A DNA stretch of 64,000 bases, from positions 21,390,001-21,454,000 of the forward strand of contig OZ360233.1 in assembly GCA_977017645.1 (NCBI GenBank), in the 5' to 3' direction. This DNA is from Torpedo marmorata. Taxonomy: Eukaryota. The notes beneath the pieces were generated by a model, which was not told the origin of the DNA, made no database searches, and saw only the letters and a program-made list of their open reading frames with translations. This document shows, in pieces, positions 12,980 to 25,876 of this stretch; positions within the stretch are counted from its first letter, which is position 1; each line of letters starts with the position of its first letter. The translations under genes and the position numbers were made by a program.

Positions 12980-13143
12980 CATACACATTATATTGGATTG
13001 CTATGTATATATGTCGTTTGTGCACAGTATAGGGTATAGCGTGCGTCTCTTTGCGTGCACTATGGTGCTGAGATACACTGTTTCATCGGGTTCTATATAT
13101 ATATTTACAATCAGATGACAATAAACTTGAACTTGAACTTGAA
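12980..13143 (+). mobile_element. Rex1/Babar 3' UTR and tail
   Basis: TGTTTCATCGGGTT..AATAAACTTGAACTTGAACTTGA, same as the tail at 17811-17868. Confidence 0.75.
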
Positions 13144-14371
13144 ATTATTCCTCTGATACAAACCGAAGAAGGTAACTGTGTATTACATTCCCTAAAGGCT
13201 TTACAACTAATGAAATGCTTATTTCACATGAAGCCAGTAATGGAACACATGAACAGAATGCAGAAAATACTGAACGCACAAATAAAATGAGAAACATCAT
13301 CAATAATAACACAACTGCATGTCATTCCACAAGTGTTGTCTGACCTGCCAAATATTTTCAACACGTTGTTCTGTTTTTACTTAATATTTGCAGTATCTGC
13401 TACATTCTGCTTTTGTGCCAGCGTTTTCGCACACAAATTCACTCAAACGTTCCACGGCAGTTACATGGTGGATAGATGATAGGTGGGCCACCTACATGAA
13501 TCGCTGCACTTCTCCAAACACTACCTGGGGAGGTAAAACGAGCCTTCTGTTCACATCATCTAAGACAGCCATTCTCAATAATTTTATGGCAATGGAATTT
13601 ATGGCTCAAAGTTTATGGACGTCCTCCCTGTGAAGCTGCCAAGTTTCGGTTTCTTCCGTACTTCTCTGCTACTGTCCACATAAAAACATATAAAACATTT
13701 ATTCTACATGAGATGAAAAAGAAACAAGGTTTTTACTTAAACGTGCTGTGGCCCCCAGGGGAGGCGTCGGGGCCCCGATAAGAATGGCTGAAAAGAGACG
13801 ACGCATCCGGTGATCCGTTCTCAGGACCATAGAACCATAGAACATTGCAGCAGAGAAACAGGCCCTTCGGTCCATTCCAGTCTGTTCCGAACTCTTCATT
13901 CTCTGCTGCCCCCATGAGGCTTCGCAGCTCTTCTTCGCTACTGCACAAGAGAACCCACGTCGTCATTGGCATCTGGACTGGGAAAGGTTGGCCCCCAAAT
14001 TCCTGACTGATAAAGGAAACATATGGCCACTGTAGATCCGTAAACGTGTGACACGTAAAAAAATCCAAAGGAAAGGCCTTCACCAGTTTCTGCCCGTATC
14101 TAATAATCAGTTACCCATCAGGGCTGCACTCTCACGCTGGACTGAGACAACAGCAATGGCGCATTTTTGCATTGTCACTGGGATATTTTATTTCAGGATC
14201 GAGCACGTCGTGCAGATACGGGCGTAAAAGATTAGCCAACTATCAGCAAGAATCCATCCAAACCCCTCAACCTCTTGGAATTTTTTCAACGAAAATCATA
14301 CATAATGTTGGACATCACTGTGAATATTTGAAGCTGGGAGCGATGTTATTGTCAGGCGGCTCAACACGGTG

Positions 14372-14439
14372 TGAGTATAGGAACGGGTGGATGGAAGATA
14401 TATTTTGGCAGCGGATAAAATCCTGCAAGGTCCAGCCCA
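14372..14439 (+). pseudogene. TRAJ: TRAJ pseudogene (SIGTGGWKIYFGSG*)
   Basis: RSS TGTTATTGT-12-CACGGTG (14344-14371); stop and frameshift after FGSG; GTAAGT donor. Confidence 0.82.
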
Positions 14440-14959
14440 GTAAGTGGTTTTAATTGTGCACTCTGCGTCCATGCAAGTTGGAACACGCTCTTTGCTGAGG
14501 TAGTGGGTTCGGGATTGATTGTGGCATTCGATAGACAATTGAAGAAATGTATGCTGAGGATAAATATTTGCAGTCATACCGAATGGGTCAGGGTGTGGAA
14601 TTATAAATTTGCTCGCTGAGTGTCGGCAGAAGAGCGATGGGCCAAATAATCACCTCCTGTGGTGTATTTTTTCCATTATTTTCTCATGCAAAATAAACGG
14701 GGGAGGGGGGTTGCGTGCTATTTGAATACATGCCCAAACCGTCCAGTCACGGTTAAAATTAGAAACCAATAGATCTCACAGATGTGTTTTCTTTCGCAGT
14801 TTAATAAAGAGTCTGTGACCCGAACTCTAATTCCACTCCACAGATGCTGACTGACCTGCTGCGCATTTAGACCTTTTCTGCTTTTATTTCATATTTCTAG
14901 CATTGGTGGTTCTGTTCAATTTTTAACTTCCAGCCGATGGGGCTCATATATCCAAGATG

Positions 14960-16270
14960 CGCATCCTAATTCAATAAAATTCCAAAGCAAATTCTCCTAT
15001 TCTTAAACATTTGTTAGAAATATGGAATAAGACGGATAAGGAAATAGGAGGAAAAGGATTGATTTCTTCAAGGATGCCTTTATATCAAAATGGACTTATT
15101 CCATTTACTATTAACAATCAATTATTTAAAATTTGGTTTCAAAAAGGAATTAAGAAAATAAATGATTGTTTTGAAGCTGGTAAATTTATTACTTTTCAAA
15201 GAATGAAAGATAAATGTAATATATTAGATAATACACTTTTTGCTTATTATCAAATTAGAGCTTTTCTGATTGAGAAATTAGGTTATGCTTTGATTTTACC
15301 AAGACAGAATGAATTAGAATTATTAGTTACTAAAGGAGATGTAAATAAATTTATTTCTCAAATGTATATATTGTTTCAGAGGAAAATTCCTAAAGTAGGA
15401 ATTCATAAATCAAGATTAAAATGGGAATTAGATTTGAATGTAACAATAGATGAAAATCATTGGAAAGAATTATGTAAATTAAGTATGACGAAGATTATTA
15501 ATGTTAGATATAGATTAGTACAATATATTTTTTTTCATCAATTATATTTAACACCTAAAAAACTAAAGAAATTTAATCCGACATTATCAGGTTTATGTTT
15601 TAGATGTAATAAAGAGGTAGGTTCATTTGTACATTCTACATGGTTTTGTCCAAAAGTTTATGATTTTTGGTTGAAAGTTAAAAAAATTTAGATAAAATAT
15701 TTAAAATTACATTTCCAATGGAGCCTATGATATTTTTGTTTGGAGATATTAGAAAATTTAGTATTAAGATGAAATTAAATATGTATCAAATAGAATTTCT
15801 GCAAATTGCTTTAGCTGTTTCAAAGAAATGTATTGCTATTACTTGGAAATCTGATCTTGATTTAGGGTTAGAAGGATGGCATGCAGAACTTCGTTCATGT
15901 ATACCACTTGAAAAAATTACTTAGAACTTAAGGAATAAATATCATTTCTTTTTAAAAAATATGGAGCCCTTATATGAAAGCTGTTGGCTTAAGGATTTGA
16001 AGATCTCTGGAAATTGGATCTACTGGCTACTTAACCTCCATAATAGAATTAGTTTATAGATGTATTTATTAGATTGACATTCTCTTTACCTTATCCTTTT
16101 CTCTTCCTTCTCTTTCTTTTTATTATTTTATTAGATTAGTGGGGTTGGGAGGGTTGGGGAGGGGAGGGAGGGAGGGGGTGAAAATGTATCACAAATATTT
16201 GATAATTTTATATTTTATTTTATGTATTTTGTGATTTAAAATTTTTAAATAAAATAATAAATAAATAAAA
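14960..16270 (+). mobile_element. L1/Tx1-clade LINE 3' fragment
   Basis: ORF 15011-15691 with CFRC..HSTWFCP C-terminal zinc knuckle, G-rich 3' UTR, A-rich tail. Confidence 0.82.
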
Positions 16271-16429
16271 TTCCAAAGCAATGATAAAAGGGTATAAGCA
16301 GGATAAAAAGGATAAATGAATGAAAATGGTGAGGAAAATATAAAGTTAAGAGTATTCATTATTAAACTGCGTACATTCCAAGGGAAAGTCGAGATCTTCA
16401 AATTCTCAGTTCATTTTCATTATGTCTTC

Positions 16430-17868
16430 TGTAAGATGTCCTCACTTAGACTCAACACCCCACTCTGTAACAGGATTATGGACTACGGAAAGACCACAGT
16501 CTTTCCAGGTGCACAGCAGAACGTCGTGCACGGTCATGCTGAGCACTGGAGCACCTCAGAGCTGTGTCCTCAACCCGCTCCTGTTCATACGAATGACCCA
16601 CGACTGCAACGCCAACTCCAACTCCAACAGTGTCATCACGTTTACAGATGATACAACAGTCGTTTGGCCTCCTGAGCAACAACGATGAGTGGCGCAAGAG
16701 AAATGAGGTGGAAAACCTCGCGATATGGTGCGAGAATAACAACCTGAGTCTCAATATGGACAAGACGAAACAGATGATCGTGGACTTCCGGAGGACCAGG
16801 AACGACCAACCTCATCTACACATTAATAACCCGGTAGTGGAGAGAGTAGAGAGCAGCAAGTTCCTCGGAGTCCACTGAACAAGGTACCTATCCTGGACGC
16901 ACATCATCTCCTTACATGTCAGGATGGCGCAACCGCAACTGCACTTCCAACGAAGACTGAGGCGGGCAAGGCTACCGGCCACAATCATGTCAACATTCTA
17001 CAGGAGCTCCATCGAGAGCGTCTTGGCCGGCTACATCACAGTGTGGTACGGTTTCTGATTGTTTTCTGTAGAGAATTGAATCGGAGGTCAATCCACAGGA
17101 CCATAGGAGAGGCAGAGAGTATTACTAGAGTCTCCCTCACCCGCCCACACCTCCCCAGCCCCATCGACGTGATCTACCGGGATCGCTGTTTGAAGAGAGC
17201 TCGCAAGCTCGTTGAGGACAACTACCACCCACACACGGCATCTTTCAGCTGTCTCCGTCGAAAAGAGATAAGGAGTATCAGACACATTACCAACAGGCTG
17301 AGAAACACCTTCTGCCCACGGGGAGTCAGACTGCTGAACGCATAAAAGGACTGCTCACACTAACCCGAGCAGANNNNNNNNNNNNNNNNNNNNNNNNNNN
17401 NNNNNNNNNNNNNNNNNNNNNNNNNNNNNNNNNNNNNNNNNNNNNNNNNNNNNNNNNNNNNNNNNNNNNNNNNNNNNNNNNNNNNNNNNNNNNNNNNNNN
17501 NNNNNNNNNNNNNNNNNNNNNNNNNNNNNNNNNNNNNNNNNNNNNNNNNNNNNNNNNNNNNNNNNNNNNNNNNNNNNNNNNNNNNNNNNNNNNNNNNNNN
17601 NNNNNNNNNNNNNNNNNNNNNNNNNNNNNNNNNNNNNNNNNNNNNNNNNNNNNNNNNNNNNNNNNNNNNNNNNNNNNNNNNNNNNNNNNNNNNNNNNNNN
17701 NNNNNNNNNNNNNNNNNNNNNNNNNNNNNNNCTGCGTTTATATCGCTTTACTGTATGTGTGTTATGTCTGGTTGTGTGTTTGCATGTTTGCACCGAGGAA
17801 TGGAGAACGCTGTTTCATCGGGTTATACTTGTGCCATTGGATTATAAATAAACTTGAACTTGAACTTT
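16430..17868 (+). mobile_element. Rex1/Babar LINE 3' part (spans assembly gap 17374-17731)
   Basis: STGAPQSCVLNPLLF, FTDDTTVV and WCENNNLSLNMDKTK motifs; (ACTTGA)n tail. Confidence 0.88.
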
Positions 17869-17946
17869 AACGTTTTATAATATTCGTTTCCAAGCATTGG
17901 TCGTTTTGCTGCTGCGTGTGTTTTCGTTGTGCTGTTTGTCGCTGTG

Positions 17947-18009
17947 TGGATAGGTGCACAGGTTATAACCTCATCTTTTCAAGCTGAATAAAGGTCTAAA
18001 TCTTGTTAA
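17947..18009 (+). pseudogene. TRAJ: TRAJ pseudogene (DRCTGYNLIFSS*IKV*)
   Basis: RSS TGTTTTCGT-12-CGCTGTG (17919-17946); two stops; FGxG decayed. Confidence 0.68.
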
Positions 18010-18559
18010 AGTGGACCTGAGGGTGCTTGAAAACAAACTGGAATACAGCTGCAAAAACAAATTTTAATCACTTTGTAAAGCATGAGAACTCCGTTATAGC
18101 AGGAAGCGCTGACACAAGCAGTTAGTCGCACCCCAAGAGAGTCATCATTGTGGCTCACATGTTGCATATTTATACAGATAAAGTTCCAGTTTTCCAGAAC
18201 ATTCGAACAGACTTTTCCATATAAGTACATGATTGTTAGAATTCTCTTGGGATTCGTTAATCAGGGTTGTTTCCCTAACCCAATGGTTAATAGTCTTTCA
18301 CGGTCTTTGCCAAATATGGAGTTGTTGTTCTTCTTCATAATCAGCTTTAACCTTTCTGAATTATCAAAACATGCCATGGAATGTTCTCTGCTATATTATT
18401 TTGGTTACCACTTTAAGATTTACATTCTCCATCCAACCCACTAAGTACATACTTGCCAAACGTTCCCGCTTGAATCACGGTTTCAATGCGGCTAATCTTC
18501 CTGGCCTCTCCATAGGGCGAATCGTGGACATCTAGTTATTTTGTTTAGTTGCAGAGCTA

Positions 18560-19080
18560 TGTCGCATTGAGTACAAGAGATGGAACGCCATGTTAAAACT
18601 GTGCAAGACGTAGATACGAACAGTTTTGGAATATTGTGTGCTGTTCCGGTCGCCTAGCGAGAGGAGGGGTCTCATTAAGCTTGAAAGTGTGGAAAACGAT
18701 GCGGGGAGATATTACCAGGACAGAGGGTTTTTAGTTATAAGGAAAGACAGTACGAGGAGAAGCATTTCTCTTTGAGCTCGAGGATTCTTTACAGAGGTTT
18801 GTGAAATCATAAGGGGCATGGATGTTAAATAGTCATTGTGTTGTCCCAGGGTCGAGGATTGTAAAACCAGAAGGCATAGATTTAAAGGGAGAGGGGGAAA
18901 TTAACAGGGAACATGAGGGGCATCTTTATCGCACAGAGTGTGTTGCGTACCTGGATCGAGCTGCCAGAGGAATTGGTAGATGCGGGTACAATTACAACAT
19001 TTAACTGACATTTGGACAGATACAAGAGTAGGAAGAGTTTGAACGGCTGTGGGACACATACAGGCACACGGAACTAACCC
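18560..19080 (+). mobile_element. CR1 3' fragment (decayed)
   Basis: LEYC-like DNA and AGAAGGCATAGATTTAAGG 3' motif. Confidence 0.65.
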
Positions 19081-19608
19081 AGGTAAGCAACTTATTCGGC
19101 CCCTCACTCCATCCTAACACACCTGGAGAACGATGCCTCATACGCCAGTCTGCTGTTCATCGACGACTTGAGCTCGGCGTTTAGTACGATCATTCCCCAG
19201 AGGTTGGTGGCGAAGCAGTCGGCGCTGGCATCCCTCTCTGTATCTAGATTTTGGACTTCCTAACGGAAAGACCACAGTCTGTACTGGTCGGCAGTAGAAC
19301 GTCGAGCACCATTACGCTGAACACGGGAGCTCCGCAGGGCTTTTTGCTCAGCCCGCTCTTGTTCACGCTGCTGACCCACTATTTCAACCCCAGCTCCAGC
19401 TCCAGCTCCAACAGAGTCATCAAGTTTGCAGATGACACGAGAGTAGTTGTCCTCCTCAGCAACAACGATGATTCGCAATACATAGAAGACGTGGAAAATC
19501 TCGTGATATGGTGCGAGAATAACAACCTTAGCCTCAAGATGGGCAAGACGAATGGGATGATCGTGGACTTCAAGTGGACTAGGAACAATCACCGTCCACA
19601 ACACATTA

Positions 19609-19848
19609 GGGCGGAACGGTTGGCGTAGCAGTTAGCGCAACGCCTTTACAGCGCCAGCGATAGGGACCGGACCGGGGTTCGAGTCCCACGCTCTTTGTAA
19701 GGAGTTTGTACCTTCTCCTCGTGTCTGCGTGGGTTTTCTCCGGGGGCTCCGGTTTCCTCCCACTATTCAACACGTACCGGGGGTGTAAGTTAATGGGGTG
19801 TAAATTGGGCGGCACGGACTCGTCTAAATTAAATTAAATTAAATTAAT
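19609..19848 (+). mobile_element. V-SINE (HE1-like) inserted in Rex element
   Basis: A/B boxes, V-domain, (TAAAT)n tail, ATTA on both sides. Confidence 0.88.
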
Positions 19849-19929
19849 AACCCGGTAGTGGAGAGAGTGGAGAGTACAAAGTTCCTCGGAGTCCGCTTAA
19901 CAATTGACCTATCCTGCACACGCAACATC

Positions 19930-22900
19930 AGCAAAAATGACAACAAGGACAGGCAGGTGAAAAGAGAGGGTAATTTGCAGGGCAATAGAAATACAACAAA
20001 ATCGCTGACAGATACTGGTCTAAGTGTGCTTTACTTAAATGCACGGAGTATTAGAAATAAAGTAGATGACCTTGTTGTGCAGCTACAGATTAAAAGTTAT
20101 GAAATTGTGGCCATCACCGAGACATGGTTTAATGATGGATGTGATTGGGAGCTGAATGTCCAAGGGTACACAGTGTATAAGAAGGATAGGCAGGTAGGTA
20201 GAGGGTGTTGGCGTGACCCTGATGGTAAGCAATGATATTAAATCACTAGAAAGGAGGACATAGGGTCAAAGGTGTACGAATCCTTATGGGTTGAGTTTAG
20301 AAATTGTAAGGGTAAAAGGACTCTATTAGCAGTTATATACAGGCCCCCAAACAGCAGCCGGGAAGTGGACTATGAGTTACAGATGGAAATTGGAAAAGCG
20401 TGTCAGAAGGAAAGTGTCAAAATAATTATGGGAGATTTTAACATGAAAGGAGATTGGGAGAGTCAGGAAGGTACTGGACCTCAGGAGAGAGAGTTTGTAG
20501 AATGCCTCAGGGGTGGCTTTTTGGAACAGCTTGTCGATAATCCCACCAGGGGATCGGCGGTTTTGGATTGGGTGATGTGTAATGAACCTGAGGTGATTAG
20601 GGAATTAAAGGTATTGCAGCCCTTAGGAAGTTGTGATCACAATATGATTGAGTTCAGTTTCAAATTTGAAAAGGGAAAGCTGAGATCAGGTGTGTCAATA
20701 TTTCAGTGGAACAAAGGAAATTACAGTGGTATGAGAGAAGAACAGGCCCAGGTTGACTGGAAAAGTAAGCTAGATGGAGGGACGGCAGAGCAAAATTGGA
20801 TGATATTTTTACAAGAAATAAAGAGAGTGCAGGATAAATATATTCCAAGAAAAAAGAAAATTATGAATGGAAAAATGGCACAAATGTGGATTACTAGAGA
20901 GGTTAAGACTAAAATAAAAGCAAAAGGGAGGGCATACAAAGAAGCAAAAAGTAGTGGATAAACAGAGGACTGGGAAACTTTTAAAAACTTAGAGAAAGAG
21001 ACAAAGAAAGTCATTAAGAAAGAAAAGATAAATTATGAAAGGAGGTTGGCAAATAATATACAAAAGGATACTAAGAGCTTTTTCAAATATATAAAGAGTA
21101 CAAGAGAGACAAGTGTAGCGATAGGAACGATTGAAAATGATGCTGGAGGAATTATAACGGGTAACCAAGAGATGGCAGAGGAATTAAATGAGTATTTTGC
21201 GTCAGTCTTCACTGAGGAAGACAATAGGAATATACCTGATATTCAGAGGACGCAGGGAATAGAATTAAGTACAGTTAGGATTACTAGGGAGATAGTGCTT
21301 GGAAAGCTGATTGGACTAAAGATAGACAAGTCTCCCGGACCAGATGAGGTGCACACACGGATTCTGAAGGAGGTGGCTTTGGAAATTGTGGAGGCATTGG
21401 AAATGACTTTTCAGAAATCAATAGACTCCGGCATGATTCCGGAGGATTGGAAGGTCGCAAATGTAGTTCCGCTGTTTATGAAAGGAGGGAGGCATAAAAA
21501 AGGAAATTATAGGCCTATTAGTCTGACATCAGTAGTTGGTAATATTTTGGAGTCGATCCTAAAGGACGAGGTTATGAAATACCTTAAGGTGAATGACATG
21601 ATAGGTCCAAGCCAGCATGGTTTAATGAAGGGACGTTCCTGCCTGACCAACCTATTGGAATTTTTTGAGGAGATCTCAGGTAGGATGGACAAGGGAGAGG
21701 CTGTGGATGTTGTGTATTCCGATTTTCAAAAGGCCTTTGATAAGGTGCCGCATAAGAGGCTGCTGAATAAGATGAGAGCTCATGGAATTACAGGAAAGAT
21801 ATTAGATTGGGTGGAGCATTGGCTGATAGGCAGGAAGCAAAGGATGGGAATAAAGGGATCCTGTTCTGGTGGTTGCGTGTTACTAGAGGTGTTCCACAAG
21901 GCTCGGTGTTGGGGCCGCTTCTTTTTACAATGTATATAGATGATTTAGATTACGGATTGAATGGTTTTGTGGCTACATTTGCGGGTGACACCAAGATAGG
22001 TGGTGGAGTAGAAAGTGTTGAAGAAATCAAAAGGTTGCAGAGAGATCTGGACAGCTTAAGAGAGTGGGCAAATAAATGGCAGATGAGATATAATGTTGAG
22101 AATTGCACGGTTGTACATTTTGGAAGAGGAAATAAACAGGCAGATTTTTATTTGAATGGGGAGAAAATTCAAAATTTGGAAGTGCAAAGGGACTTGGGGG
22201 TCCTCGTGCAGGATAACCTAAAGGTTAACCAATAGGTTGGATCGGCAGTAAAGAAAGCGAATGTTATGTTGCCATTCATTTCAAGAGGAATAGTGTATAA
22301 GAGTAAAGAGGTGTTGATGAGGCTCTATGGGGCACTGGTGAGACCTCATTTTGAGTACTGTGTGCAGTTTTGGGCCTCTTATTTTAGAAGGGATGTAATA
22401 ATGTTGGAGAGAGAACAGAGATGATTTACCAGGATGATTCCTGGAATGCAGGGGCTAACAGATGAGGAATGTTTAGCGGCTCTTGGACTGTATTCTTTGG
22501 AGTACAGAAGATTGAGAGGGGATCTCATAGAAACATTTCGAATACTGAAAGGATTGGACGGAGTAGATGGAAATAAGATGCTTCGCTTGGTGGGTGAATC
22601 CAGGAGAAGAGGGCACAGTCTTAGAATTAGAGAGTACCCATTTAGAACAGAGATGAGGAAGAATTTCATTAACCAGAGAGTCGTGGATTTGTGGAATTCG
22701 TTGCCACATACAGAATCAGAATAAGAATCAGAATCAGAATTTATTGTCATGAACAAGTCATGAAATTCGGTGTTTTGCGGCAGCATCATAGTGCAATTAA
22801 CATTCATATTAACCATCTATAAACCATTACTATAAAAAATTATAAACAATAGTGCACGAAAAGTAAGGCAGTGTCTTTGGTTCATTGATTATTCAGGAAT

Positions 22901-23998
22901 CTGATGGCAGCTGGGAAGAAGCTGTCCTTGTGCCGTTGAGTGCTCGTCTTTAGGCTCCTGTACCTTTTTCCCGATGGAAGCAGAGTGAAGAGCGCATGGC
23001 CTGGGTGGTGTGTGTCTTTGAGGATAGAGGCTGCTTTTTTAAGACACCGCCTCATGTAAATGTCCTCGATGGAGTGATGTCTGGTGCCTGTGATGTCACA
23101 GGCCGAGTTAACAACCTTCTGGAGTTTACTCTTGTCCTGGGAGTTGGCGCCTCCATACCAGGCAGTGATGCAACCAGCCAGAATGCTCTCCACGGTACAC
23201 CTGTAGAAGTTTACGAGAGTCTTCGGTGACATACCGAATCTCCGCAGACACCTCACAAGGTATAGCCGCTAACGAGCCTTCTTTGTGATTGCATCAATGT
23301 GGATGCTCCAGGACAGATCCTCGGAGATGTTGACACCCAGGAATTTGAAGTTCTTGGCCCTCTCCACGACTGAGCCCTCGATGAGGACTGGGTCGTGTTC
23401 CCCTGACTTCCTCCTGAAGTCCACAATCATCTCCTTGGTTTTGCTGACGTTGAGCTCAAGGTTGTTGCCATTGCACCATTCAACAAGCTGATCTATCTCC
23501 CTCCTGTACGCTTCCTCATTGCCGTTTGTGATTCTGCCGACAACTGTGGTGTCATCGGCAAACTTGTAGATGGCATTGGAATTGTGCCTGGCCACACAGT
23601 CATGGGTGTATAACGATTAGAGCAGTGGGCTAAGCACGCATCCTTGGGATGCGCCTGTGTTGATAATCAGGGAGGAGGAGACGTTGTTTCCAATTCGTAC
23701 TGACTGTGATCTTCCGATGAGAAAGTCAAGGATCCAGTTGCAGAGTGGGGTACAGAGGCCTAGAGTTTGTAGCTTCTTGACCAGCACTGAGGGAATAATG
23801 GTATTGAAGTCCGAACTTTGGGGGATTTTAAGGAGGAGCCTGATAGGTATCTGATTGGTCAGGGTATGAAAGGATATGGGGAAAAGGCCAGAAATTGGAA
23901 TTAGATGTGAGAACAGTTTAGCTCAGGGTGGAGTTGCGGAACAGTCTCGATGGGCCGAATGGCCTACTTCTGTTCCTTTATCTTGTGATCTTGTGATC
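19930..23998 (+). mobile_element. CR1 LINE, near-complete ORF2 (APE + RT) with stops and frameshifts
   Basis: YLNARSIRNK, IVAITETW, VIYRPP, MGDFN, NYRPISLTS, DFQKAFDKVPH and GVPQGSVLGP motifs; tail TCTTGTGATCTTGTGATC. Confidence 0.93.
22713..23816 (-). mobile_element. Rex1/Babar LINE inserted antisense in the CR1 3' end
   Basis: YKFADDTTVVG and FYRCTVESILAGCITAWYG motifs; (TTCTGA)n tail at 22713-22740. Confidence 0.9.
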
Positions 23999-24859
23999 TC
24001 TTCACTTGTCAGGAAGGTGCAACAGCGACTGCTCTTCCTGAGAAGACTGAAGCGAACAAGGCTCTCGTCCACCATCATGTCAGCATTCTGCATGAGCTAC
24101 ATTCAGAACGACTTGGCCGGCGACATCACAGTGTGCTATGGTTGCTGTAGAAAATTGGATCGGAGGTCAATCCATAGGACCATAATAGAGGATTCGAAGA
24201 TCACTAGGGTCTCACTCACCCGACCCCCACTACCTGCCACCGCCCCCCCCCCACGCCCCAGCGCGTTGGCTCCAATGTTTTATGTTCCACTGTCACCACC
24301 GATGCTTAGTTTATAGGATTTGTATTTTCTTCCGGCGTGCTTCCCATGGGGTCTCCGGTTTCTACACAATTCCTAAGGACGTGGCACTATCGGTAAATTT
24401 GTCACCGAAACTTTCTGCGGGGGTACAGGTGAATTTGAGGACCTGTAGAGGTTTGATGGGAACGTGGAGAGAAAACAATGGGGTTGGTGTAACGTTGCTA
24501 TACACGGTTGCTTACTGCCAAACCATTGCTTTGTTCCAGGCTGCGGGAGGCTTGCTGGATGGCTGAGATACCAAACTAGTGATTTTATATGGAATAAATG
24601 AGGTATGGTGGACATATGCATGAGGGCAAATGGGAACGAGAAGCGCGGTAGTAACATCAGGATTTCATCCAGGGAACAGGAATGCACGTGATTGGCAGAA
24701 TTACCTCCTTCTGCTTAGTTACAAATTCCTCCGTTTATAACTCTATGTAGATGGAGGTGGTTGATGCTGTCAGTCTCGATTTGTGGACGCTCAATTTCGT
24801 TTAACGCGAATATCATCAACTATGTCTGGAGGGTTTTTGTCAAGCAGTTTACCAACGTG

Positions 24860-24922
24860 TGACTAGCGACAACGATAGGAAACTCACATTCGGCAGTGGG
24901 ACCAAACTGACGGTTCAGCCAA
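24860..24922 (+). CDS. TRAJ: TRAJ segment TSDNDRKLTFGSGTKLTVQP
   Basis: RSS GGTTTTTGT-12-CAACGTG (24832-24859); GTAAGT donor. Confidence 0.9.
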
Positions 24923-25810
24923 GTAAGTAAACGTTGTCAATGGTTGGATTTATCGTTCACTTCCCAAAGACCCATAGAGTCATGTCCCGGTAGAGAAAAG
25001 CAAAAGGTCCTTCGACCGACCACGTCCATGCTGGCCGAGGTACATATCTGAGCTATTCTCGGTTGCCTTATAATTTTTTTTTAAATGTAGACTTTCAGTA
25101 CGGTAACAGGCCCTCCGGCCCACGGGACCATGCCGCCCAATTACGCCCAATCCCGGAATGTATCCCTATAAACATTTCCTACCCATGTACCTGCCTCATT
25201 AGCTGTTGTAATTTTACTAGCTTCCACCATTTCGTCTGGCAGCTCTTTCTATATAACACCACATGGAAAAGGGTGCCCCCGCTGACTCTTTTAAACCTTT
25301 CTCCTCTCACCTTAAAACTATATCCTCTCGTTTTTAGACTCTTCTACTTTTGTACCAAGACTGTGACCATTTTCCGTCCTTATATTATATCCTACTTGCC
25401 CGCATTTTGACTGTGCCCCTCTCTTCCTTGACTGTATAAGTATTTGTCTACATGCATTTTAAGTGGAGTATTTGTATCTGATTCCACAACCTCCTCTGGC
25501 AACAAGTGACAGATAACAACACTCTGTGTGTAAAAATGTTTTAAATTAATTGTGAAGCAATAATGAGATAGCACTTGAATTGTCCATTACCTTAGTTGGG
25601 GAAATTGTGACACTGATAATCGTCAGTCACATTTCATATTCTACGAAAGAGCAATTACACTGTGGGGCCGTATGGGGTGCAAATCGGCAGAGCCTCTATC
25701 AAAATCAATTGCTCAGTCCAACCTTTTGGTGCAGCACAATGCCTTCTGTTAACGCTGTCATAACATCCAATGCACCAAATGGAGGTTTTGCCAGTTTTTT
25801 TCACACCGTC

Positions 25811-25876
25811 TGAATTACGGGGGAGCAGCGGATGCATTAACATTTCGAAAGGGGACGGGAATATCAGCGGAACCGG
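25811..25876 (+). pseudogene. TRAJ: TRAJ pseudogene NYGGAADALTFRKGTGISAEP
   Basis: AGGTTTTGC-12-CACCGTC (terminal GTG lost); FG->FR; donor TTAAGT. Confidence 0.78.

Larger units (their letters stand above)
19095..24230 (+). mobile_element. Rex1/Babar LINE split into three pieces (19095-19608, 19849-19929, 23996-24230) by nested insertions
   Basis: TGAPQG..SPLLF and KFADDT motifs; pieces rejoin collinearly with the copy at 16430-17345. Confidence 0.82.

Noticed and set aside
12104-13118. Many overlapping ORFs rich in YI/CV/HT
   Set aside because: Translations of (TA)n/(TG)n tracts and of GC-rich, stop-poor DNA.
13728-13825. GGTTTTTAC..TGCTGTG RSS-like motif
   Set aside because: Spacer only 7 nt; no FGxG or donor.
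14316-14322. Perfect heptamer CACTGTG
   Set aside because: No nonamer at 12 or 23 bp and no J- or V-like sequence adjacent.
14172-14453. ORF with V-domain-like hints (SCRY..NYQQ..PQ..L, later C) running into a J: possible germline-joined VJ
   Set aside because: No Trp or YYC, wrong spacing, and the apparent FR3 is actually an intact 12-RSS in front of the J, so it is unrearranged.
18280-18335. - strand NNNSIFGKD, possible inverted J
   Set aside because: No RSS, no TxLxV, no donor; likely chance.
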